Shown in pieces: positions 18,249 to 27,010 of a stretch of DNA of 64,000 bases. Source of the DNA: a virus. Taxonomy: Duplodnaviria; Caudoviricetes. Every line of letters starts with the position of its first letter. Positions within the stretch are counted from its first letter, which is position 1. The stretch covers positions 67,977-131,976 of IMG/VR virus record IMGVR_UViG_2974624810_000001; one strand, given 5' to 3'. A program made the translations under genes and the position numbers. The notes beneath the pieces were generated by a model. The model was given only the letters and a program-made list of their open reading frames with translations. It ran no database searches and was not told where the DNA came from.

Positions 18249-18320
18249 GGTCCTTTAGCTGAGATAGATTAGCGATAGCCTGAAAAGCTTTAGAGGTCGG
18301 TGCGATACCGTCAGGGACCA
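18249..18320 (+). tRNA. tRNA-Phe(GAA)
   Basis: loop ctgaaaa; atypical T-loop tgcgata. Confidence 0.75.
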
Positions 18321-18326
18321 CTTTAA

Positions 18327-18397
18327 TCCGTAGTGGTGTAGTGGCAACACGTCACCTTGCCAAGGTGAAGTTGCGAGTTCGATTCTCGTCTACGGGA
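18327..18397 (+). tRNA. tRNA-Gly(GCC)
   Basis: tcacc-ttgccaa-ggtga. Confidence 0.9.
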
Positions 18398-18402
18398 CTC
18401 TT

Positions 18403-18477
18403 GCCCCAGTATTGGCCCGGCCTTCTAAGCCAGAGGCGCATAACGGAAAGATGCAGGTTCGAATCCTGTCTGGGGTG
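18403..18477 (+). tRNA. Rewired tRNA-Arg(TCT)-like
   Basis: gccccag/ctggggt, ggc-cttctaa-gcc, D-loop-like AACGGAAA just before the T-arm. Confidence 0.6.
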
Positions 18478-18901
18478 CGTTATGAAAATGCTCGGTAGAA
18501 AAGTCTGGAGAGGCCAGACGTTCGAGGACTCTCCGCTTAAAAATAAAATTTGGAGGCGTCGTGAACGAAGAGAGTGGTACCGAGAATGGCGTAATGACAG
18601 ACCTGATGCTTCAAGGAATTCTTCAGATTGAAGAAGTAGAAGAGAATGGTGACATCCTCCTCTCCCTTGACTGGGATAGACTGTATGAATACGATTCAAA
18701 TATCTACTACTATCTCAGAGAAGCTGAACTTAACGGTCAGATGATACAATGAAGGCATGAAGACATATACAATCGCAGTTAGCCTTCTATTGTCAGTGGA
18801 AGCTCCTGACCAATCAGACGCACTTGAAGCTGTCAAGGATACGTTTGGTGAAGGTGAAATCTGTGGGATAGACATCAAGGACATCGAGGTTGAAGTTGTC
18901 G

Positions 18902-19090
18902 ATGAACTTTGATATGCTGTCTAACGTACCAGGAGTTGAATTCTTCCTTAAGTGCACATTCTGCCCGGAAGAATCAGACGGTAACTTGACAGTTGAGCTT
19001 GAGCCTGGTATGTTTGTACCAATGCCGATATGTGAAGCATGTCTGGCAGAGCAGGCTAAGAACTTCAATATGATTGAAGGCCCGGCGTAA
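18902..19090 (+). CDS. small Zn-binding hypothetical protein
   Basis: CTFC...CEAC. Confidence 0.45.
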   Translation: MNFDMLSNVPGVEFFLKCTFCPEESDGNLTVELEPGMFVPMPICEACLAEQAKNFNMIEGPA

Positions 19091-19100
19091 ATGGGCCTAT

Positions 19101-19172
19101 GGGCGATTAGTGTTAATGGTAGCACGTCTGTTTTGCAAGCAGATAGAGGGGGTTCGAGTCCCCCATTGTCCA
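19101..19172 (+). tRNA. tRNA-Ala(TGC)
   Basis: tctgt-tttgcaa-gcaga; G3:U70. Confidence 0.9.
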
Positions 19173-19330
19173 CAACTCCTTTACAGGAGGTGGTAATATG
19201 ACTGTAGAGAGAGCACTTGTAATTGCAATCTTGGTCATCCTAGTCGTATGGCTAGCAATTACGCTTCTGTAAAAGAACGTATGCCCCTGTCAGGTACTTA
19301 GGAGTAGGGGAGAATGTAAACCTGACATAT

Positions 19331-19405
19331 GATTCGGTCGCACAGTCTGGCAGTGCAAAGGACTCTTAACCCTTGAGAACGTGGGTTCAAATCCCACCCG
19401 AATCA
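19331..19405 (+). tRNA. tRNA-Lys(CTT)
   Basis: loop ctcttaa. Confidence 0.85.
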
Positions 19406-19504
19406 CGTTGGGCAAGGAACGCACACCTGGCGAGGTGCCTTGCTCTGCTCTTTAAACCACCCTACTCCTTGTGAGTAGGGTTTTTTAATGCTACAATTGT
19501 TTTT

Positions 19505-20053
19505 ATGACTACACCAAAGAAGTACACCCCAAGACCAGGTGACATTGGACTGACCCGAATCGGCGGCCTCACAGGCGTTCTGGTGGGCCTAGGACAATTC
19601 ATCTTGAGGGATGCGAGTAGATACACCCATGTGTTTGTTGTTTTGGACAACGGCGAAGTCATCGAAGCGATGCCAGGTGGAGCAATCATCAGCCCACTGG
19701 ACAAGTATGCTGGAACTACCAAGTATGGCAGTCCACTGGCAGCTTACCTAGACATCAAGTTGACACAAGAGCAGCGAGACGCTATCGTAAGAGAGGCCCG
19801 GCAGCTAGAGGGAATCCCATACAGCTTCCTTGACTATGTTGCCTTGGCACTAGAACGATTTGGTTTTAGCTGGAAGTGGCTAGAGAACTATGTCGCTTCT
19901 ACAAAGCACCTTATCTGTTCTCAGTTGGCCGATGAGGCATATCGTAGGGCTGGAGTCCACCTCTTTGAAGATGGTAGGCTTCCTCAGAAGGTAACCCCTG
20001 GCGACCTCACCTACGTAGGATTTGACCAGAGGTACGATGAAGAAGTGCTCTGA
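19505..20053 (+). CDS. permuted papain-like amidase (YiiX/YebB, NlpC/P60-related)
   Basis: PGDI, YTHVFV, IEA, GIPYS, ICSQL, TPGDL. Confidence 0.8.
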   Translation: MTTPKKYTPRPGDIGLTRIGGLTGVLVGLGQFILRDASRYTHVFVVLDNGEVIEAMPGGAIISPLDKYAGTTKYGSPLAAYLDIKLTQEQRDAIVREARQLEGIPYSFLDYVALALERFGFSWKWLENYVASTKHLICSQLADEAYRRAGVHLFEDGRLPQKVTPGDLTYVGFDQRYDEEVL

Positions 20054-20558
20054 TTGTAAAGAGAGCGGAAGGGTAGAATCTTCAAGTGAGTACGATGAAG
20101 TGTCTGGGCTGTAACAAAGACAAGCCCAGAAGTGATTTTGGAACGACCGGCAATGCGAGGGTCTTGTGCTCACGCTGTCGTTCTGGTAGTGTAATACGTA
20201 CAAGCAAGGGAAGCGGACACAAGAATTCTAGCGGAAGCTGGATTGGTGACCTCTTCGATGCGATTGGAGACATCTTCTCTTGACAAGAACTCAACTGCTG
20301 GCTATCCTGGAAAGGAAGGCCAAGCTGGCAAAGAGAAAGATGTCAGAAGCAAATCAGCGTGACGACCGAGTTGAGACTCGTGCGTATGCTGTTGAGCTGA
20401 CAGAGACAAATGCATTCATTCAAGCTCTTAAAAAGCTTAAGAGCCTAGACTAGGAGAGCAATGTATCTGTACTACAGGGCTAGAGAAATCCTGTCAGACA
20501 TGATAAACTGGTATCAGAACAAGCTCAATGGTTTTTGAACAACGCCCGAAAGGGCTAT

Positions 20559-20635
20559 TCCCACGATACACCTGTGTGGCTCGGTGTAGCAGACTGTTAA
20601 TCTGCCGGTCGCTGGTTCGACTCCAGCCGTGGGAG
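20559..20635 (+). tRNA. tRNA-Asn(GTT)
   Basis: gcaga-ctgttaa-tctgc. Confidence 0.85.
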
Positions 20636-21167
20636 CTGGCCGCCAAAGCTAGGGGAGATAGCTACCTCTGGCAAGGATAAACCGGATGATAGGCTATGGT
20701 ATTCTAGACAGGCTATAGTTGAAGACAAGGTGGAAACCCAGAGGCAAACTGGGGCACGGCCAACCAATTGATGTGGTAGCTCAACTACAAGAGGTGAGTA
20801 GCAGTAATGACTGTGTCTGAGCTTATTAAGGCATTGAGTGAGATGGACCAGAATGCGACTGTCGTCATGGTGGTTGATGTTCCAGGACCAGAGATTGACA
20901 TCGACTTGGTAGAGGCTTCAAAGGGCTACTACTCAGGTGACGATGTGGTTGAACTGAGTTAAGCTTTACAACAGCACGTAGATTGTTCGTGTACCTTTGG
21001 TTTTACGGCTTTTTAAATCTTAGGAGCGGACATGAAGAAGGGTTTAGCGGCCCTACCCAATCAAGAGGAAGCCGTTGAGATTGGTCGTGCTACAGTAAAA
21101 GAGCGGATGTTGGGACCGCTTCAAGCAAGAGACGTCGCTCAAAGACGGAGTGCTGCATCCCTTCCTA

Positions 21168-21240
21168 TGGCCTATAGCTTAATCGGCAGAGCGGTTGGTT
21201 GTTACCCAATCTGGTGTAGGTTCGAATCCTGCTAGGTCAG
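21168..21240 (+). tRNA. tRNA-Asn(GTT)
   Basis: gttgg-ttgttac-ccaat. Confidence 0.85.
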
Positions 21241-21406
21241 CTCGCACAGAGATTATATCAACGTGCTCTCGTAGAGTCCCAACTTAGGTTGGGACTTTCT
21301 GCGTTGAGGCCCGGTGGTGTTGACAGGTCTCCTTACTTCCAGTAGAGTAGTAACAAGCAAGCAGCCACAAAGTATGCTATCCTATTCAAACAATAGGAGG
21401 CAAACA

Positions 21407-21574
21407 ATGAGGTTCGCTTTTGGACTAAGACCAGGACATGTTACTAAGCATGGTACAGTCGTAGCAGTGCAGAAAACCTTCGATGGTAAGCACATGCAGT
21501 TGACACTAGCTGGTCGGTCAGATAATGTAGTCATAAGCAAGTACACAATCGTCCGAACAACATTCTGGAGTTAA
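21407..21574 (+). CDS. hypothetical protein
   Basis: RBS aggagg, upstream promoter at about 21320. Confidence 0.55.
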   Translation: MRFAFGLRPGHVTKHGTVVAVQKTFDGKHMQLTLAGRSDNVVISKYTIVRTTFWS

Positions 21575-21575
21575 A

Positions 21576-21977
21576 GTGTCAGACGCCACTGAGGCTGAGG
21601 ACAAGGCCGAAGAGGAAATCAGTGACAGTCTTGATGACGGTCGTCCTATCAAGGAGATTGTCAAGGATGCGGCCAAGGCGTATGCTGTTGCCAAGGGTCG
21701 CAAGGCTTTCTTCGCTGCTGTAAAGCTGATGAAGGCCAAGGAAAAGGAAAAGGGCGGCGAGAAGAAGAACACGAAGGGCGTAAAGGCTATGCAGAAGAAG
21801 GCGTCTCAGCTTCGCGTTGGAGACATCACTTCTAATGGTGAAGTCCTCACCATTAGCAAGTCCCCTGTGGACCGCAAGCAGTTCGAAATCGTCTTCATGG
21901 GCCCTTCTGGTTCTGACCGTCAGGTTGTTGACCAGAACACCAAGTACGAAGTTGTTGAGCGTCGAAGCATCCGCTGA
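21576..21977 (+). CDS. hypothetical protein
   Basis: 133 aa ORF. Confidence 0.55.
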   Translation: MSDATEAEDKAEEEISDSLDDGRPIKEIVKDAAKAYAVAKGRKAFFAAVKLMKAKEKEKGGEKKNTKGVKAMQKKASQLRVGDITSNGEVLTISKSPVDRKQFEIVFMGPSGSDRQVVDQNTKYEVVERRSIR

Positions 21978-21996
21978 ACAACGGCCTTCGGGCCAA

Positions 21997-22068
21997 GTCC
22001 CTATAGTTTAGAGGATAGAACGTCACTCTCCTAAAGTGAAGACGCAGGTTCGACTCCTGCTGGGGATA
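21997..22068 (+). tRNA. tRNA-Arg(CCT), canonical
   Basis: tcact-ctcctaa-agtga, D-loop AGAGGATA. Confidence 0.9.
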
Positions 22069-22306
22069 CATGTTGAATGAAGACAGACAGCGAGTTTACC
22101 TGCGAGACAGGAAGACGTATACTCCGAAACAGGTAAGACGCCTTAACAAGAAATACTGGCAAGGAAAGTTCATCGATGATGACTACGCACCTTGTCCCAG
22201 TTGTGGTGGTCCATATGACCACAGCGAGGCGGCATGTCAAGGAGATTACGAAGAGAATTGGAGTTGACGCGAAGCCCGGTAGGGTGTAGAGTAGTCAACA
22301 GAACAA

Positions 22307-22381
22307 GGGAGCGTAGCTCAGTCTGGTCGGAGCAATGCACTGATAATGCATCGGTCGCTGGTTCAAATCCAGCCGTTCCTA
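22307..22381 (+). tRNA. tRNA-Ile(GAT), canonical
   Basis: atgca-ctgataa-tgcat. Confidence 0.9.
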
Positions 22382-22385
22382 CTTC

Positions 22386-22457
22386 GGGGTCGTAGCATAA
22401 CGGTAATGCACTTGTATGGCATACAAGCGATTGTGGGTTCAAATCCCATCGACTCCA
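22386..22457 (+). tRNA. tRNA-Ala(GGC)
   Basis: cttgt-atggcat-acaag; G3:U70. Confidence 0.85.
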
Positions 22458-22626
22458 CGCAGTTTTATCAGTTTCTGGCCCAACATGAAACTGAACGAGG
22501 CAGGTTCTAGCAGACCTAATTGGGTGCAAGGTATAGCCCGTATACCCCTTGCAGCGTACAGACCACATGTGCTAGCATGGTACGTATACTAGAGAGTATG
22601 CGGCTGGTCCCCAATTACTCTCACTT

Positions 22627-22699
22627 GCTCCGGTAGCTCAGTTGGCAGAGCAGGGGACTCTTAATCCTCGTGTCGCTGGTTCAAGTCCAGTTCGGAGTA
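22627..22699 (+). tRNA. tRNA-Lys(CTT)
   Basis: gggga-ctcttaa-tcctc. Confidence 0.9.
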
Positions 22700-22826
22700 C
22701 AAAGCAAGGTTGCAAACTTGCTCAATCACATTGGGGTTCGATTCCCTCTGGTGAAACAATGTGGTGTAATTGAGAGGAAAAGGCGGAGGCACATAATAAA
22801 GCCTTGCTGTCTAGCCGCTCTCTTAT

Positions 22827-22901
22827 GGTCCAGTCGCACAGTCTGGTAGTGCAATTGACTTTTAATCTTTGTGGACGTGGGTTCGAATCCCACCTGGACC
22901 A
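22827..22901 (+). tRNA. tRNA-Lys(TTT)
   Basis: loop cttttaa; weak anticodon stem. Confidence 0.8.
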
Positions 22902-22954
22902 CTTCAAAGTCTTCGAAATTGGCTTAATAGTTCGAAGTCAATTACAATCAGAGT

Positions 22955-23389
22955 ATGAAGACATGCTATGATTGTAAGAAGGAAAAGCCATTCAGCGAGT
23001 TCGCCAAGAACAAGGCTCGTAAAGATGGTCACAATGGACAGTGTAAGTCATGTAAGAACGCTTACACAAAGAAGCATTACAGTGATAACAAAGATTACTA
23101 TGTAGGTAAGGCTCGCAAAAATGGTGAGTCCTATCGGGCGGCAGCTAGAGAGTTTCTGTGGGACTATCTAAGCAAGCATCCATGTATTGACTGTGGAGAG
23201 TCTGACCCGATAGTATTGGAACTAGACCACAGAAATGGTGTGACGAAGGTCAAAGGTCTTGGGCCAATGGCCAAGGATGGCTCGCTTGACAAGATGAGAG
23301 CAGAGCTACTAAAATGTGATGTGAGATGTTGCAACTGCCATCGACGCAGAACAGCAAAGCAATTTGGTTGGTGGCAGTTGCTTAAATAA
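22955..23389 (+). CDS. HNH endonuclease (paralog of 17425..17850)
   Basis: HPCIDCGESDPIVLELDH...KCDVRCCNCH. Confidence 0.8.
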   Translation: MKTCYDCKKEKPFSEFAKNKARKDGHNGQCKSCKNAYTKKHYSDNKDYYVGKARKNGESYRAAAREFLWDYLSKHPCIDCGESDPIVLELDHRNGVTKVKGLGPMAKDGSLDKMRAELLKCDVRCCNCHRRRTAKQFGWWQLLK

Positions 23390-23390
23390 T

Positions 23391-23466
23391 GCCCTAGTAT
23401 CCGCTCTGGCTTCGAACCAGTTGAAACGGTAATGGATACATGTAGGTTCGAATCCTATCTGGGGCA
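23391..23466 (+). tRNA. Rewired tRNA-Arg(TCG)-like
   Basis: gccctag/ctggggc, ctgg-cttcgaa-ccag, AATGGATA D-loop after the anticodon arm. Confidence 0.65.
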
Positions 23467-23668
23467 CTTGACATAGCCAAGATGGCATGTCATTGTTAAG
23501 GGCACAGCGGACAAGGCTTAGGCGGATGAAACAGGCCGGTGGGATGCGAGTGGCTGACCAGTCCTTGACACAAGCGGGGAACGTTGAGTATGCTAACCTC
23601 ATAGAGGAACGACGACTAACAAGTTCCCCGCTTTTTAATAAACAACTATAGTAACTAGGAGTTACACA

Positions 23669-24334
23669 ATGGGTCTTTTCGGTAAGAAGGACAACAAGGG
23701 CACTACGTCTGACGGAGCATCTGCGACTCAGGCTGCGCCTGCGGTCTCTACCGGTAAGCTCAATCTGAGTAAGGGTGGCAGCTCTGCTTTCAGCCTGGAA
23801 AAGGGCACGCGAGTCACTGCTACTCTTGAGTGGGATGGCGGAAGTTCAGCCCGTCGTGCTCGTGGTGCGGACCTTGAGCTTTATGCTCTGTACGTCACTA
23901 AGGGCAAGGCAAACAAGATGCGCAAGGATGCTGGTGGCGCAGTCTATTGGAACAACCTGGCAGCAGATGGCATTCGTCATCTTGGTGACTCCCTTGTTCC
24001 TGGCAAGGAGACTGTTGTCATTGAGCGTACTGACAACATTGCGTACGTTCTCATCGTTGCCTACTCTGCTGTAAGCAACGGTCCTGGCTCCTTCAAGTCT
24101 TTCGGGGCTAAGGCTGTTGTCACTGATGGCAAGGGTCAGACTGTGACGGCTCCTCTGTATAACGACAATCACGGCAGCTACTGGGTAGCCATCGCGCTTG
24201 TTGATTTCACTGTAGAGGGACAGGTTGCCATCAAGCACGTTGAGGATTACTCTCGTGGTGGTGAGCGTCGTCCGGTTCTGTATTCTGACGGTTCTCACAA
24301 GATGGATGTTGGCCCGGTCGAGTTCAAGAGTTGA
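23669..24334 (+). CDS. TerD-like stress protein
   Basis: LNLSKG, LEWD, DLELYALYV, HLGD, G.GSF. Confidence 0.6.
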   Translation: MGLFGKKDNKGTTSDGASATQAAPAVSTGKLNLSKGGSSAFSLEKGTRVTATLEWDGGSSARRARGADLELYALYVTKGKANKMRKDAGGAVYWNNLAADGIRHLGDSLVPGKETVVIERTDNIAYVLIVAYSAVSNGPGSFKSFGAKAVVTDGKGQTVTAPLYNDNHGSYWVAIALVDFTVEGQVAIKHVEDYSRGGERRPVLYSDGSHKMDVGPVEFKS

Positions 24335-24567
24335 CACACTCGACAGGATGATGTAGAGTAGTAAACATCAGGGAAACCCGCTCAAACTTGGCCTAAGAAG
24401 CCCGGTGGCGTTCAGGGAAGCGGGGATGTGTGGTAGAGTGAACGTACCCACACAAGGCCAAAGTAGAAAGTCCCCGAAATGGTCTTGACAAATTGCTGGG
24501 CAAGCGCTACAGTCGAAGAGGTGGAGCGAAAGCAGAGAAGCCAATGACTCGACCCAAAGCGCTATAT

Positions 24568-24639
24568 GGCAGTGTGGTGAAACGGCTATCACGTTCCCCT
24601 CATAAGGGAAAATCGAAGGTTCGATTCCTTCCATTGCTA
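24568..24639 (+). tRNA. tRNA-Met(CAT)
   Basis: ttccc-ctcataa-gggaa. Confidence 0.85.
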
Positions 24640-24641
24640 CT

Positions 24642-24713
24642 TGCAGGTTAGTGAAACGGTATCACGTAGGGCTCATAATCCTAAATTCCTGTTCGAATCA
24701 GGGCCTGCCCCCA
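24642..24713 (+). tRNA. tRNA-Met(CAT), initiator-like
   Basis: taggg-ctcataa-tccta, 1:72 mismatch. Confidence 0.75.
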
Positions 24714-25102
24714 CGTAACACAAACAATCAAGCGATACACAACAAGGAGAAATAACATGCCTGGTCCTCTTTCTACCCCGAACTCCTCCAAGCCGATGAC
24801 TCAGAAGGAGCTTCGGGAGCGCGTTGAGAACCTGATGCGGGGTAAGGCTCCGCAGACTGGCAAGACTGCGAAGAAGCGCGGTCACTGACTTTCAAGGAGA
24901 TTAAATGCACGGTAAGAGTGTAAAGTATCTCAACACAGCACACTCTGAATCAGAGCGTGATAGGATGGTCAAGGATTTTGAGAAGGCTCTGAAGAGGAAC
25001 AAGCTGCCTGGTAGAATTGAGGCAGAGTTCCGAAGGGTCAAGTACACCCATCAGTGGGACATCTACCACATAGTAGATTGAAAAAAGGCCCTTTGGGGCT
25101 AT

Positions 25103-25184
25103 GCGTAAGCGGCGAAGTTGGAGAGACGCGGTGGTCTGTAAAACCATTCCTTCGGGTGAGTCAGTTCGAATCTGACCTTACGCA
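25103..25184 (+). tRNA. tRNA-Tyr(GTA)
   Basis: gtggt-ctgtaaa-accat, variable arm. Confidence 0.9.
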
Positions 25185-25240
25185 CGTACAGTATAATAGA
25201 AAGAAGAGGTTGTAGCAGCTCCTCTGGAAAAGCTGCCTAT

Positions 25241-25312
25241 GCATGTAAGCCAGGGATAAGCTAGGCGGGCCTGTAAAGCCCTACCTCGATGGTTCGAATC
25301 CGTCTACATGCA
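25241..25312 (+). tRNA. tRNA-Tyr(GTA), short variable region
   Basis: gggc-ctgtaaa-gccc. Confidence 0.75.
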
Positions 25313-25411
25313 CCGGGGTCACATCCTACCCCGAAGCTTACAGCTTGACTTTCTCTCTACAGGGCCCGTAGAATTAAGAGAAGCCAGGCCGAGGAGCAAA
25401 GGATGTCCTAT

Positions 25412-25486
25412 GGTGGCTGTATCATAAAAGTAATGTACTAGGCTGTGAACCTAGGTAAGAGGGGGCGGTACCCTCCAGTCACCCCA
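25412..25486 (+). tRNA. tRNA-His(GTG)
   Basis: ctagg-ctgtgaa-cctag, G-1, C73, CCA; odd T-loop. Confidence 0.75.
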
Positions 25487-25509
25487 AGTAGGTTAACTCC
25501 TACAATCAT

Positions 25510-25585
25510 GGGGTTGGTAGCTCAATTGGATTAGAGCGCTGCGTTGTGGTCGCAGTGGTTGAGGGTTCGAGTCCCTTCCTTCCCA
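25510..25585 (+). tRNA. tRNA-His(GTG)
   Basis: ctgcg-ttgtggt-cgcag. Confidence 0.8.
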
Positions 25586-25767
25586 CTTGTTAGTCACCTG
25601 TGCTGCTAGGGATAATGGGCAGCCTCGCATAGGGTGCAAGGATTGCAGGAAACTCGGCGCGCAGAGACCAGCAATCTCGTAAAAAGCTATCCCGGAAACT
25701 TGGGTGGCTGTACGGCAAAAGGTCCGTATGGTGATATCTCTCCAAACTCCCTAAAGGTTTGGCGCAA

Positions 25768-25839
25768 GGGCATGTAGCTCAGTTGGTAGAGCGTCGGTGT
25801 GAAGTACCGAGTGCGAGGGTTCGATTCCCTACTTGCCCA
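25768..25839 (+). tRNA. tRNA-Phe(GAA)
   Basis: tcggt-gtgaagt-accga. Confidence 0.8.
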
Positions 25840-25840
25840 C

Positions 25841-26170
25841 ATGAATAGAATGAGAAAGGCAGCCAGTGTTGCTAGCCTTCTTCTCGTTCTTGTTGGATGC
25901 GGTAGCGATAACAAGGATAGTCTAACAACTACAGACAAAGCGTATGTTAAAACGTTGAGAGAAGAAATCACTGGTGTCAAGGATATGAGCGACAATAAGC
26001 TAATCGCTCTGGCGCATGAAGCTTGTGCTGGTTCTGACAATGGTGATGAGTTCAATGAAACCGTTCGCAAAGTCAGTAGTTATGGCCTGACAGAAAGTGA
26101 TTCTGCTTACCTTACAGGAGCTGCATTCGCTGCGTATTGTCCAGATAATGTAAGTAAAATCGGAAGCTGA
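25841..26170 (+). CDS. DUF732-like lipoprotein
   Basis: Lipobox LVGC, D.AY...L, AHEAC, AAFAAYCP. Confidence 0.7.
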   Translation: MNRMRKAASVASLLLVLVGCGSDNKDSLTTTDKAYVKTLREEITGVKDMSDNKLIALAHEACAGSDNGDEFNETVRKVSSYGLTESDSAYLTGAAFAAYCPDNVSKIGS

Positions 26171-26171
26171 C

Positions 26172-26411
26172 ATGATGCAAATAGACATTAGATACTCATT
26201 CGGAAACGGGCCCTACACAGTAGGTGGAGAGATTGATGAAGTTCCATTCGAGATGACATATCACGATGGAGAGGCATATCTCATCGTCTTGACTGACGAC
26301 TTCGTTCTTCGAACATTCTGTGTCTACAGTCCAATGCATGGCAAGCTGGATAATCTGATGACAGGGCAGTTGATATTCAATTTGGCCCGGCAGCTTGACA
26401 GCGAAGCTTGA
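26172..26411 (+). CDS. hypothetical protein
   Basis: Operonic ORF. Confidence 0.5.
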   Translation: MMQIDIRYSFGNGPYTVGGEIDEVPFEMTYHDGEAYLIVLTDDFVLRTFCVYSPMHGKLDNLMTGQLIFNLARQLDSEA

Positions 26412-26430
26412 TTCCTGTAAGGTAGTTTAT

Positions 26431-26504
26431 GAGGTAGAAGCAACGGGTGTTGCCGACAGTCTGCAAAACTGTTCGTATTTGGAGTTCGACTCTCCTCTAT
26501 CTCT
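26431..26504 (+). tRNA. tRNA-Cys(GCA)
   Basis: acagt-ctgcaaa-actgt, U73. Confidence 0.8.
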
Positions 26505-26520
26505 CTGGTACAATAGAAAT

Positions 26521-26595
26521 GCCTCGTTAGCTCATTTGGTGTAGAGCGACGCTCTTGTAAAGCGTAGGTGGTCGGTTCGAAACCGACACGAGGCT
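26521..26595 (+). tRNA. tRNA-Thr(TGT)
   Basis: acgct-cttgtaa-agcgt. Confidence 0.9.
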
Positions 26596-26688
26596 CAATG
26601 AGGAGTCATGCTGGGGAGAATGCAACCGAACTAGCCTCTGGCAAATCAGGACGGTCTAGTAGCTAGTTGCAGGCGAACGGCCTTTAAT

Positions 26689-26761
26689 GCCTAGTTAGTG
26701 ACAGTGGTAGAACATTTCCTTGGTACGGAAAAGGTCGTGGGTTCGATTCCCACACTAGGCT
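26689..26761 (+). tRNA. tRNA-Thr(GGT)
   Basis: tttcc-ttggtac-ggaaa. Confidence 0.85.
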
Positions 26762-26880
26762 CGTTATGAATACAATTAAGCTAAGGCTCAAGGCTTTGTT
26801 TCACAAGGCTAAGCCATATATCCCACTAGCACTCGCTTGGTGGAAGTCACGCAAGAACAAGACTCGCTAAGAGTCTTCAT

Positions 26881-26957
26881 ACTCTCGTATACCCTCTGGC
26901 TACGAACCAGTTGAAAGGTTAAAGGACTACATGGAGGTTCGAATCCTCTCGGGAGTG
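26881..26957 (+). tRNA. Rewired tRNA-Arg(ACG)-like
   Basis: actctcg/cgggagt, ctgg-ctacgaa-ccag, AAAGGACTA D-loop after the anticodon arm. Confidence 0.65.
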
Positions 26958-27010
26958 CTGGCCCAAGTCAATATGGCTTGGGCCTTAATTCATGTTAGAG
27001 GTGATTTAAC

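Noticed and set aside
24510-24525. GTCGAAG as a further Ro motif
   Set aside because: Overlaps the -10 box (TACAGT) of a promoter and lacks the GGTTATCT/TCTCCG context.
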